Part shown: positions 15,158-33,671 of the stretch, piece after piece
How the letters are laid out: every line of letters starts with the position of its first letter
Numbering within the stretch: the stretch's first letter is position 1
Source of the DNA: Chrysomallon squamiferum
Taxonomy: Eukaryota > Animalia > Mollusca
DNA length: 64,000 nucleotides
Assembly: GCA_012295275.1 (NCBI GenBank)
Contig: CM022672.1
Location: 22,940,001-23,004,000 of the forward strand
Direction of reading: 5' to 3'
Program-made: the position numbers and the translations under genes
Notes under the pieces: model-generated
What the model was told of the DNA's origin: nothing
The model's input: only the letters and a program-made list of their open reading frames with translations
Database searches by the model: none

Positions 15158-15167
15158 AAAATGGCGG
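15158..15167 (+). promoter_or_regulatory. YY1-type motif (AAAATGGCGG) overlapping the PWWP2 start codon
   Basis: Matches the YY1 consensus that commonly overlaps the ATG of housekeeping genes. Confidence 0.4.
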
Positions 15168-17453
15168 ACGAAAAGCGGAAACAGTGCTATAACTCAAAAT
15201 GGTCAAAAATACCCGTTTTGATAGAAGAAGCTTTAGATGATGTGATCGTCGTTTGCTTGAAATATGGAACTAAAGAATTCCGAGGGATTTTACTGGATAC
15301 GACAAAGAGGTATATTAGAAAATGTCCATCAAATGTGGACAAAATATAGAATTTGACATATGGAAAACCAGGTTTGACAGACCCTGCATTTACAAATTGA
15401 AGAGAATTAATTAAATTTTATAAAATATTGTACATTTAATGCCTTCTTTTATTTCAGAAATGTTCCACATGGGATATGCTTTGCATCTAAGCCTCCTAAT
15501 AATGATAAATCTGGAGAAAATGATGTCAACAGCACTCCAGTTCAGGAAAATGTTACTGGACATCAGGAAATATCAGTGTCAACAACATCACAAAGATTCA
15601 CATATAATCATAATCCATCAGAATATAGTGAAAAACCGGTTTTGATAGGTCATAGAAGTAACTTCAGAACATTTGGCAAAAAATCTGTCAGAGATATCCG
15701 TCTTAGGCCACGGCAAACTTTGTGTTCAAATTGTAAAAAGACAATTCATGATCACAATAAATTTAGTGAAGGAAAATCAAATAGTAATGCACTCTCTTCA
15801 ACAAAGGCAGGAAAGGCATCATCTGTTTCATCAACAAGAAGTCCATCACGATACTTGGCACCACCTAAACATGCAAAGCCAGGTTCATCCCGCAGTCCTT
15901 CACATTATGTATCTAATCGAAATGTCACAGCTTGTAAATGGAGTTTGCGAAACAGATCCAGTGCCAAAGAAGTTTTGTTACGTCTTCCTGAATCATCTAA
16001 GAAAAAGTCAACTTCCCATCCATCAACTCTTTCGGACAGTAAAGTATTAGAGGAAGAACCAGTGAAGGCTAAATATTCAAAAGTGGAAAAGCCAGCAAGT
16101 CCCAAGGCTACACCTTTTATAAAGATTTCATATGGTGATGGTGCTGTACTGAATATTCCCCCAAGACTTCCAGGAGTGGATAATGGTATTCCAGAAAGTG
16201 GATCAGAAGATCCATCAGAATCTCCTCAAAAGGATCTTGTGCAAAATTATGTTTCTCATAAAAAATTGAAAAAGGCTATGAAAAAAGCTAAAGAACGAGA
16301 AAGGCATCGCTCTGGAGATCAGATGGTTAAATCAACTGGTCCAGAGATGGATGAAAAATGTATAAAAATATCAAGCCATCACAAAAAACACAAAAGAAAA
16401 CACAGACATCGCCATGGAAACCAGTACCATATAACAGAAGTGAAAGATAACAGAGACTCTACATCTGCTGTGTCAGAATTAGCTCCAACTTTTGAAAATG
16501 GTCAGAATGGAAAAGAAGAAAATGTTGACATTTCTAAAGAAACTACTGCAAGTTGCCAAGAAAAGACAAAATACATTAGTGACAATAACTTTTCAAAATT
16601 GGAAACAAACTGTAGTGATTCCAATTACATGTATGTTGAATATGATGAACACCCACTTGTGATAGATGAAGGTGCTAATTCAATGGATGAAGTGAAAGAT
16701 GATACAAAAGATAATAATTCTTCAGTGAGGAATGATTATTCGGATTGGGTGCATCAGATGGAAACCTCCCATGATGAAGACCATGAAAACTCAAGACCTC
16801 TCGGAGAAGGTAATACAGCAGAAAGACCGAGACTGGTGTATATGTGGAAACAGAACCAAGGCTTAGCCAGAGTTGAGCCACGAACTGGAAGTTCTAATTC
16901 TGGTGACAACAGAGGATCCATGTCATCTGATGACTTGGATCAGGACACTCAAAGCAGGTACAGTGATATCAGTGAGTCGTATGGAGGTTCTGAATCTGAT
17001 GCATGTGACAACTACCCTGGTTCACCTCACTCAGAAGTTACAAAATCACCCGTTGACACTTTGAGGCCTCTTATGATGAAAATACAGTCACAGAGTGTTT
17101 CCAAATGTGTCATAGGTGATGACAGGACTATACATGTTGAGGACATTGTGTGGGGCAAGATTCAAGGATTTCCTTGGTGGCCTGGCAGGGTTATGTCTAT
17201 AATGGTTACTCAAAAAGACAATGGTATTATTATTGCTCAGACAGCTCATGTTGCATGGTTTGGGTCATCAACAATGTCACATATGCAGTGCTCAGAACTA
17301 TATCCTTTTCTGGAAGATTTTAAATTGAGATACAACAAGAAAAAGAGGGGACCTTATCGTTCTGCCATTAAACAGGCAACTCTTGCTGCTCAGGCTGCTT
17401 TTTCCAGTGCTGAAACAAACATTGATATTGATATGGATGAATTTGAATTGTAG
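15161..17453 (+). CDS. PWWP2A: PWWP domain-containing protein 2A/2B-like (about 714 aa, 2 coding exons)
   Basis: Exon 1 15161-15309 (ATG...EFRGILLDTTK, phase 2) joins exon 2 15458-17453 in frame with the 625-aa ORF; 2145 nt total. Contains the PWWP2-family motif IRLRPRQTLCSNCK, a PFIKISY motif, basic His/Lys tracts, and a C-terminal PWWP domain (DIVWGKIQGFPWWPGRV...VAWFGS...LYPFLEDF..RYNKKKRGPYRSAI). Likely a single invertebrate co-ortholog of PWWP2A/B. Confidence 0.9.
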
Positions 17454-18224
17454 TAAAAAAAAAAAAAAGAAATTATTATAATATTGTTTGTTTATAATTT
17501 TGGTAATTATATGAAGACGATATATTTATTCTAGGAGTTATTAGATTTTATTATACTCTTGGGAATGGAAGCATATAAAAACCAGTAGTGGAAAAGACAT
17601 GAAAAAACACCTTTTTAAAAATCTTAATCACTGAAAAAGAACAACCACCTCTTTATCATTATCTATATCTGCTTATCTATATCATTATAAGCATGTATCA
17701 GTGAGATTGATACTTACTTAGTTTTTAACCCATTTGCTTATCTAGTCATACTATATAATACATTTGATATAAATATTGCATTACATGTACCCAGTTTGAA
17801 TGAACAGTCTTTAGTCGTACATGTGCAATATTTACATTATTCTTCCAAGTTTATTATAATTATGGTGTTTATATAAAGATGATAAATAGAGAACAGGTTC
17901 TTTGGAATATCTTTATATAGGAATGTTTTGAAACCAAATATTGACCCACATTTAGATCAGCTTAAATATTAAACTGTGTTATAATCATTTTAAATATACT
18001 GATACAGAATATTTAAGTAAAAACTCTTACCAAATATGTTACTTTCCTCAGAAGAAGCCATTTATTATGTGTAGCAGACTGATGCTTAAATCTTTCAGGA
18101 TATAAATGTAGCTGTCTATTATGGTTAGTTTATTGGTATTATTGTTCAAACATCTTATGCGATCTAGTTCATTGAAAATAAGTACTGCATATGTTATAAA
18201 TTAGTACATATACATATATATATA

Positions 18225-18227
<3 letters not shown>

Positions 18228-18273
<46 letters not shown>
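18228..18273. repeat. (CA)n microsatellite
   Basis: Direct reading. Confidence 0.95.
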
Positions 18274-18276
<3 letters not shown>

Positions 18277-19189
18277 CAACCAGATCATTTTATCTTTAGC
18301 TGACCACTGACTACTTAAACTAAAATTAATTTTGGTTTAGTTAAAAAAAAAAGAAGAAGATATAAATGGCTTGATTCAGCATTTTTTATTTAAACAAAGC
18401 CAAATAATGTTTTGTACACTTAGAATAAGTAATGAAATTTAACGAGTTTTAACTTTTTTTTTTTTTTTTTTTTACCATTTAATTTAAAATGGATGAAATG
18501 GATGTTTGAAACAGGGGAATCATTTCCAGACATTGTGATTAGTTCTTATGACTATCCATGTTTTGGAATTTGTCATTTAATCTATATATAGTGAAAAGAC
18601 AATATTTGTGATAAACATGTTTTTAAATTCTTTTATTTTCCAGATGTTTACTATTGACGTTTTAATTTAGTTTACTTGAAACTTCCTTTTAAAAAATACA
18701 GTTATAATCTTATTGTTTTTGTGTCTGTTGAAAAATAAATAAATGGGGGGTTTTATATTTCTAAAATATTAAATAGTAAATTAATAAAATTATTTTGTTT
18801 ATTTTAAATGTTTATTAATTATAATGTTACTTGTTCTTTACTAAGAAATATATCTCTAATTTTATTTATCATTTAAACCAGAAATCATTGTTGATTATCT
18901 AATAAAATAAATATTTATACATGAATTTAACATCATCTGCCATCTGTGGTTTAATGAAAGATCCTGGTGCCATAGTAACATGCATTTTATTGCTGCATAG
19001 AAGTATAGGTATTGCTTTTTCTGTTTTCTTTGCCTTTTTATATATCATACTCAAAATTATAATTCAGTTATTTTTAAAACAAATTAGGGAACAAAAATCA
19101 TTAAAATTGGGTGGCATAAACCCTTATAATGTTAAATAGCTGATAAAAGTTAATTTTTACTTTATGTCTAAAAAAGTATTTGATTCAGG

Positions 19190-19414
19190 TTTTCTAGATT
19201 GAAAGAGAAACTTTCTTTTAATTTTTAATATTTAATTTTTGTCTTTCAAAACTATTTTTGTTATGCTATCTTTTAATGTCTTACCCTAACCCAAAGAATT
19301 TTTTATTTTATTTTTTATTTTTTTCTAGAATAAAAAAGAAACTTTGTTTTAATATTTAATTTTTGTCTTTCAAAATTATTTTTGTTATGCTATCTTTAAT
19401 TTCTTACCACTAAC
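19190..19414. repeat. Diverged tandem duplication, period about 130 bp
   Basis: 'ttttctaga...agaaacttt...taatatttaatttttgtctttcaaaa(c/t)tatttttgttatgctatcttt...cttacc(a)ctaac' occurs at about 19190-19290 and 19321-19414. Confidence 0.85.
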
Positions 19415-22400
19415 GGTCACAGTTAATTAATTAATAAGTACCATATTGTATGTTCGGGAAGTATTGGATTTTAAAATAATAGCCCACCAGATGTTGAATA
19501 CCAAAAATGTAAATAAATTCATAAAATTCTCTTTCTGTTTGATAAGATTTGATCTGAGCTAGAGTAAACGAATTAGATACATTTGTATGTTTTCACTGTT
19601 ATTAGAAGGTCATATTTTGAATGTGCTTTCTGTTATAGTATACACACACTCACACATACACATTCACACACAGAAATAACAACACCAACTTCAGAACATA
19701 AATACCAAAGGACAAAACAAATTTAGATATTTCATACTTAAATTTACTAAAATCGATATTTATTTTGCCTATTAGAAATTAAATAAGTGAATTTTCAGGC
19801 CTTTATATTCAGTAATAATAATAATTATATATGTATAATTTATTTATTTTTAGAAATAAAGTAATTATTATTTTTTAGCAAGATTTTATTCCTTTTTATT
19901 TACCTGATATGTTACTTGTTTATGGTATCATTTTGTCATTTTTGTTTAATAAATATTTTAATAAATATTTTAAATTTAAATGTAAATATTTTTACTTAAA
20001 TATAAATTAGTAATAGTTATTTATATAATTGTTGGTAGCAGCAACTACAGGCTTGGACATTTATGTTTTCAAGAAAGGAGTTTTATTAAAAGCACAGAGT
20101 AATTAAAATATTAAAAAACATGGTATGTTTATACCTATTATTATTTATCTATTTGTTGGTTTATTTCTCAAAAACAAAATAACGAATTTAAAAGTTAATG
20201 GAATTTTAAAAGGAATAACATTTGTGTTCATAATCCAGAATAGCAAATAAACAACAACAAAATAAGCAAACCCAGATCACAAAAACAAAAGAAGAAAAAA
20301 AGAAAAAAAGAAGAAAAAAAGAAAGAAACCAACAACAACCAAAATAATGAATTTATCTTTCTTTTAGAAAATGTTTATATATATTATTAAAAAATTATTG
20401 TACATATTTACATATGTGAAGATCATATCCTTTATTATGTAAACATTTTAACCCATGTGTGACTGCGTATGCATGCAAGACAAAACATGCATTGTGTGAA
20501 GATGTAACCATTCATTACTCTATACAGTGTGTAAACACTTATTTTTGTAATATATGCAATTCTGTGTATTCAAAGAATGTAAATGCCTGTAGGTTAAAAA
20601 CATGTTTATATATAATGTATTTTTTATCCCATATTGTGATAATGTTTTTGATTCCAGAATTTGAACAAATGGCATTTGTGATCTCTTAGTCTTATGAAAA
20701 AAAATTTGTTTCTTTCTATGCATGGTTAAAAGTACTCTTGATTGTAGAAAACTGATTTATTTCAACAGATTTTGAACTTCTTTTTTTCTAATTTGGTGAA
20801 TGCAGTGTTTTCCTACAGATATACATCTTAGCCTGTAATTTGTTTAAGTAGATACCAGATCAGAGTGTTTTTATAAATAGACATTACCATAAATATTTAA
20901 AAATGCATTTGCCTAGCAAACCACAATATTTATATTTCATTTTCCGATGTGATACTGTTTATTTTGCACCCTGATATTATTTTTATGCCAGAAATAAAAA
21001 TTTATTTCGAATTTCAGCTATTTTAATTTTTACAAAACTGAAGTACTGTATATATTAGTGATTATCAAAATATTTTTTTCTTCCTCTTTCCAAAAAAGAA
21101 GTGTGTATTCACAAACATTATACACATTTTAATATTTAAACTTTAATTACTATTTTTATTTTTACACACAAATACACACATACACATTTTGTTTTAGATA
21201 ATTATATTCATATGTTCCATTTAATATGTTTAAACAGGTAACATGTGGTTTTGAGTTAATATACATAATTTTGTTGAAGTGTGTTAATACAGGCATTAGC
21301 AGAACCTGATTATACGCATAAACTGTATGGAAATTTATGACATTATTGTGTTGTTTCATTAACGACAGAGAAATGTTTGTTATGTACTAATGTTATTGTA
21401 CATATTTAGTGTATGTAAAATATAAAAGAAAAAGATTTAAATAATTTTTGAGAATGAAAAGCTAGAGCTATCTGCACCTGCATGTTTCATATAAAATTAA
21501 GATGTAATTATACATGAAAGCTTTATAGCATATTTTATGAAACTAATGCATTCATCCACATACAGACACACACACACACACACACAGTTATGGATAATAA
21601 AATTTATAATGTTTATGCTGCATTCTGTTATATGGATCACTTTAATGTTATAAATATTCCATTTTTTTTTTTTTTTTTTTTTAAATTAAGTTTTTAGTTA
21701 TAAATAGAGGTGTGCATATAACCTACATACACACAAACTGACTGACTCTATAAAATAGAACCTTTTTTCAGATTTTATATTTTTTCATTTTTGAATAGGC
21801 TGTCATTGCTTCTTCCAAGTTGATAGGCAGCTTCCTTGATGAAATTTTTAAAAGGTTTTTAGAATCATACATTTTTTCTTTTATTTTTTCTTTGTTGTTG
21901 CTAAAAACAAGTAAAGAAGCTACCAAATTTAGGTCAAATATTAATTTATTGAAATAATTATAGGGTCTTTGAACTTAATTTTAATAGAAAAAATGTATGA
22001 AATTTCATCTTCATCAGTGACAAGTCACAGAAAAATGGATAGATTAAAATATATTGATTAAGTATTGCAAAAGAAAATACAGTGACACCTGCACACAAAT
22101 GTGTTATATGTTGCTAAAGGTTTAATCTCATCTTGCTGGAGGCCATTTTGTATTATTGAGCATATGCATAAAAACAGTATGTTAACTTCTCTTACTGCTA
22201 GCAGACATACTAACTGTATTATTGTCACAAACATAAAGCATGTATATTTAGCTTTAACCATTATTGTAAATATGTGAGAGTTTATATTACCAATTCCTTT
22301 TCTACTTCAGTGTGATTGTTGACTAACATGTTTCAGATTTTCTCCATTTACAAGATATTTTAAAATTACTACAGGATTGTGCAATACTGTAGTTAATATA

Positions 22401-22604
22401 TTGTTAATTATGCTCATTAAACCTGAAAAATGTTCTTCTTTGTTCCTTCCTTTGGATATCGTATCTTTCATTTATTTATTTATTTTATGTTTACTTATAT
22501 ATTTTAATTTATTTATATTCTTTCGTGTGTGTGTGAAATGAATGCTAAATGACAACTTAGCAGATTTGTTTATATTTTGAGTAATGGTAAAATGAAAGGA
22601 AATG

Positions 22605-22860
22605 TATTGCAGCCATTGTATAAGTATATTCAGTTAGCAATATGGGATCTTTTATTACAGACAGACAATTTTTATAGTCATTCTATGAGCTGACCTCAGA
22701 ATCTTCCATGTGTACTTTACCACAAAGACACACTGAGTACTTTGTTAAGAAAATTGTGGGGAACTGGTTAGAGTTCAAAATATCCTAGTAGACACACTGC
22801 CAAGGATAGATCCAATATTTCTTTATTTCTCATGTAGCCTGCTGCCATATAATGATGTGA
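22605..22860 (+). mobile_element. Degenerate SINE-like copy
   Basis: Core 'cagttagcaatatgggatcttttat' (22631-22655) is shared with copies at about 28091 and 49091. Boundaries approximate. Confidence 0.45.
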
Positions 22861-25164
22861 ATGAAGTGTTGTTTAAGTCAAATTCAGCAAAGCCAAGAAT
22901 GAATGGGTTTTATTTTTAATTATGTAGAGATAAACAAAAAAGATTAAAAAAAAAAAAAAAAACTCATCACAATTAACACGAATGTCACCATCTGTTTGAA
23001 TTGAGGTAGAAGTAAGAAATCCCCTATGTATGTATCATAATGAAAATGTGATCTGTTACTCCAGAGGTTCTTGAATTTAAGTTCAGTTCTAGCAATTAAG
23101 TTCAAATCTTTACAAGTATAAATACTTGAGGGATTCATGTCTTGACCATAATTACTTGCATACCATGATCTGTTAATAGAAAGGTTAATGAGAATGACTC
23201 TTTGATATTGTTATTGATAGATACATGCAATAAGATAAAAGAGCTGAATTGCAAGAAAGTACCACCAATGATAATTAACCATTGCTTCATGACGAAAAAC
23301 CTAATCAGTTGTAAAATTGCTGACATCCACTGAATATTTTTTACAATGTTAATTTCCACTGAAAATGAATACGGTGTTAAGTATCTCCAGATTTCAAAAA
23401 TTCATTTAAAAAATATATTAGGACAATGTAAGCCAACTCTACCAGAGAATTACATTATTTATTACATGTGATAAATATATAAATACGAAAGAAAACAATG
23501 CAGTAATAAATTACTACGATGTAAAAAATGATATTTTACTTTCATCCATAAATACAGAAAGTAAATATGTAAGAACAAAATTATGCATGTAAATGAAAAC
23601 ATATATTGTATATTTATATAAAATCATGTAAAAGAAAACATTAAGGTTTTGGTTTTTTTTTCTCATTATTTTAAACATTATTTATAGCTTAGTCTTTTAA
23701 CAGTAAAATTTAAACACATAATTTGAAAAATAGAAATAAAATAAAATTGTGCATGATTGAATAATCATGAAAAGAAAACAAACTTTAATGATCTATTATA
23801 TTAACCTTGTACCACAATATGACCACTCCACTATAACAGAAAATAAATAATATAGAGATTTCTTCAAAATAACATCCAGAAACATTTACCTAGCAAAACA
23901 CACATACACACATATATTTGGATACAGTAAAAACATACCAGTATCTATTCTCTCAAATTAAACTACACAGTACATTAACATATTTAATAATATTCAAGAC
24001 TCATTAACAATAAACATGAGTTAATTAAAGTTAAAAGAAATGGACAAATATGTAATAATTTGTTGTAATGCTATTCAAAAATAAATGTCTCTCTCTCCAC
24101 ACACACACACTCTGTCTCTCTCTCTCTTTGTTTGTCTGTGTCTGTCTCTTTTTCTCCACACACGCATCTACAAACACACACACTCACATATATACATATA
24201 CATACACATACAACCAAAAACCAAACAACAAAAATAAATAAATAAAACAAATAGAAAAAAAAAAAGGAAACCAATAATAAGAATGAATAATTAAAATGGA
24301 ATTTTCTTTAAACAAAATAACTATATAAATAAAAGGAATTTGATTACAGCTTTACAAACATTAGAGAATTATCTTCTTTTGGCAATTTAGATCACATTTA
24401 TTCTTCTGAATTTTGATTATTAAGTTGCTAATCTATTTGAAAACTGATTAGCAACTACTCATTTTGAACAGGAATTTATTTCATAATTTTCTGTGTGCAA
24501 TAAAGTACTAAACTCAAACTCATTCCAGCACACAGTAACAGTTTGGATTGAAACAACAAAATATTAATTATAGCATTTTTGTTTAAACAGAATATTTGTC
24601 ATGCTAACAACATATGCTCACACATTTCGGAATGTATTTATAACTGGGAACCAGTCTACGAAATCAATTATAAAACATATTATTTTATGACATATAAACA
24701 ATTTCAAACCTTAATTTATTCGAAAGACAGAGGTAATTTTAATAAAATAAATCAGCATACGTAATATATATTTTTTCAATTTTATGAATTGGATTTTTAC
24801 AAGGTGACTTATGTCTGTTTGGCTTTACACATAACCAGAGGAGGGACTTAGCAAGCAAAGAAGAATTGCAAGATAAAGGAAACGGGGCTATGGCAACAAC
24901 ACATACATTTAACATTATTTTAGTGTTATAAACAAAGTCAAAAACTAAAATATATTCACAAATATCTGTAATTTGTTTTAGAACTGTGTAGCTATCTGTG
25001 AGATATGCATTGTTGTTTGAATCACTTTACTGAACAAAAGTTTCACTGCAGTACTCATTCAATCCTGCTGAAAGCTTCAGGCAGTTTGAAATGCTCTTTC
25101 TTCTAGACGCACAAAAAACGTCTAATGTGGTAAATGCTGCTGGTCACTGTTATTTCAATGATGT

Positions 25165-31730
<6,566 letters not shown>

Positions 31731-31738
31731 TTTAGTTT

Positions 31739-31765
31739 GTCATGTGATGTATATTATCACGTGAC
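31739..31765 (-). promoter_or_regulatory. Two MiT/TFE-type E-boxes (M-box GTCATGTGA and CLEAR-like TCACGTGAC) just upstream of the SLC49A3 ATG
   Basis: GTCATGTGA at 31739-31747 and TCACGTGAC at 31757-31765. Confidence 0.55.
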
Positions 31766-31973
31766 AACTAATGCATAGGACGACATTAACTGAATAATAT
31801 ATCATATATTACATCTACATGTATGAATTTATTCAAATAACATTTAAATGATAAATATTCTTATTTTAAATTTGCCTTTTATTTCATTAAATGCAAAACA
31901 TGAAGCGACAATATTTCCGAATTTAGAATTAAAAGGCATTTTGTTTATTGAAAGAATTATTTTTTCCCTCAGG

Positions 31974-31983
31974 ATAATAATAA

Positions 31984-32040
<57 letters not shown>
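31974..32040. repeat. (AAT)n microsatellite
   Basis: Direct reading. Confidence 0.95.
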
Positions 32041-32041
<1 letters not shown>

Positions 32042-32134
32042 CGCAGTAATATTTATTTATTTTAAAATAAGATTTTGATGAAATCTAAATGACTCCATTA
32101 CATCCTCATTAGAAAATGCAATGTTTCTATATGA

Positions 32135-32960
32135 TTTTAGGTAAGAACAATCAACTAAAATGTGATGCAGTGTCAGTAAATACCTGCAACTATCACATCG
32201 GAGGTGGAAGATGCATTCTGCAAAATAAAATAAAACAGTATGTTAAATATGTATGAACAATATGAGACCGACACAAGATAACTTGATCCTTCCTTGACAA
32301 CTTGATTGAAAAGAATGAAGCTTGTTCTCTTACGTATTGCTCCAGTGACTTTGTCGTCAGAGGAAATGCATTTATGAATACTGTTCCACCTTTTCATTGT
32401 CCCTAATGCCAACATGACTACCCCTTCAAAATACAAAATGCTTTTTAAAAATACATTTTCGTATCATCATTCCAGTTAAGGGAAGGTTCAGCTTTGTAAT
32501 GTGTAAAGTCTGGAAACATTAATGGGTGTCTGTAAAAATAATACATTTGGTTACGTCTGAATGCTTCACTGGTGATAAGTGTTCCAGAAGGGAACTCTGC
32601 AGCAGAAGCAGCAGTACGATCTCTTTAGATCAAACGTAGTCTCAGCTTGTTTAACATTCTGTGGTGGAATAACAAAATATAAATTAGTTTTCATTATAGC
32701 ATCCAATACTGATATGGACACAGATAAAAACTACGAATATATTTTAGCTTCACGTCAAACAACCTCTCAAATCTTTTATCAAACACTATTATCAGCTGGA
32801 TAGTTTTTAATCCAAAGTTTAGATCCCCCATAGTCCACGTAAGCTGTCGGTGCTGTAAATATTTTCTTTTGTGGTTTTGTATGTAGGACATTAGTTTCCC
32901 CGGTGGCCTATAATGCTGTTAGTTCACCATAGCCATCTTTTCAGTATTCGATATATCATG
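32135..32960 (-). pseudogene. Degenerate coding remnant, possibly a transposon-derived SWIM-zinc-finger ORF
   Basis: Locally less AT-rich. Broken minus-strand frames include PLMFPDFTHYK, YFEGVV and, after a tttgcag acceptor, a decayed 'VAGI..HC.HIL' similar to the SWIM CxCxAG..CxH motif. Several stops and frameshifts. Confidence 0.3.
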
Positions 32961-32973
32961 TTCATTTTGTGGC

Positions 32974-32974
<1 letters not shown>

Positions 32975-33009
<35 letters not shown>
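32975..33009. repeat. (CA)n microsatellite
   Basis: Direct reading. Confidence 0.95.
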
Positions 33010-33011
<2 letters not shown>

Positions 33012-33186
33012 TATATGTCTGTTACATTATTATAATAGCCTTATAAGAGTATTTGGTACGTTAAAAATTAAATTATATCGATAACAGAAATACATTTTAA
33101 TAGCAATTATGTAATGGATTTATTGGGAAATTATTATAGCTTAATTCTTCTGTTTGTATTTTTGTAAGTGAAGTGTAAAACTGAGA

Positions 33187-33580
33187 TTTTCGGTTTCTTT
33201 TCGTATTTTTTCCATTTTCAGTTTCATGATGTAATGTTTAAAAATAGCGAAAGGAGCCTCGATTATGACTATTTTTTTGAAATTTATATTTAATGTTTCA
33301 AGCCCAGTTTGAAGAAAGTGTACAAGTACAGAATTAAAAAATTGGATTAATAAATACTATGGAAACAAGTACACATTTTACTACGATATTATTGTATCAT
33401 TAAGTATAAATTATAATCTTTTTAAGGAATGAAACAATATCGAGACTCGAAACAAGGGAATTCCAGGAAACAAAATCACCTGATGATAAAAGCATTTTGA
33501 AAGTGAAACTATTACCAAAACCTTATAAATTTAATCCTTCCCAGAAAATATTCATTTTGTTTTCAGAAACCGAAGGAAAC
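33187..33580 (+). promoter_or_regulatory. Cluster of ISRE/IRF-E, GAS (STAT) and kappaB-like sites upstream of the RLR
   Basis: Minus-strand GAAAAGAAACCGAAAA 33187-33202 and GAAACTGAAAA 33215-33225; GGGAATTCCA 33456-33465; TTCCAGGAA 33461-33469; GAAAGTGAAACT 33499-33510; TTCCCAGAA 33538-33546; GAAACCGAAGGAAAC 33566-33580. Confidence 0.7.
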
Positions 33581-33610
33581 AGGTGCCTGATGTTAGAAGA
33601 CTGTTTTCAA
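33567..33610 (+). other. Probable 5'UTR (non-coding) exon of the RLR gene
   Basis: Pyrimidine tract plus CAG before 33567 and a strong GTAAGT donor at 33611. The ATG-bearing exon starts at an acceptor (35024), so an upstream non-coding exon is expected. Confidence 0.5.
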
Positions 33611-33631
33611 GTAAGTTTAAATAATATACAT

Positions 33632-33671
<40 letters not shown>

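Noticed and set aside
15673-17064. Alternative-frame and antisense ORFs inside the PWWP2 exon
   Set aside because: Shadow ORFs of a long coding exon with no independent features.
17454-25164. Hidden gene or structured RNA in the long spacer between PWWP2 and SLC49A3
   Set aside because: Very AT-rich, only short compositionally biased ORFs, and no tRNA, rRNA or snRNA signature visible by eye. Probably 3'UTRs and intergenic DNA; a covariance-model search was not possible.
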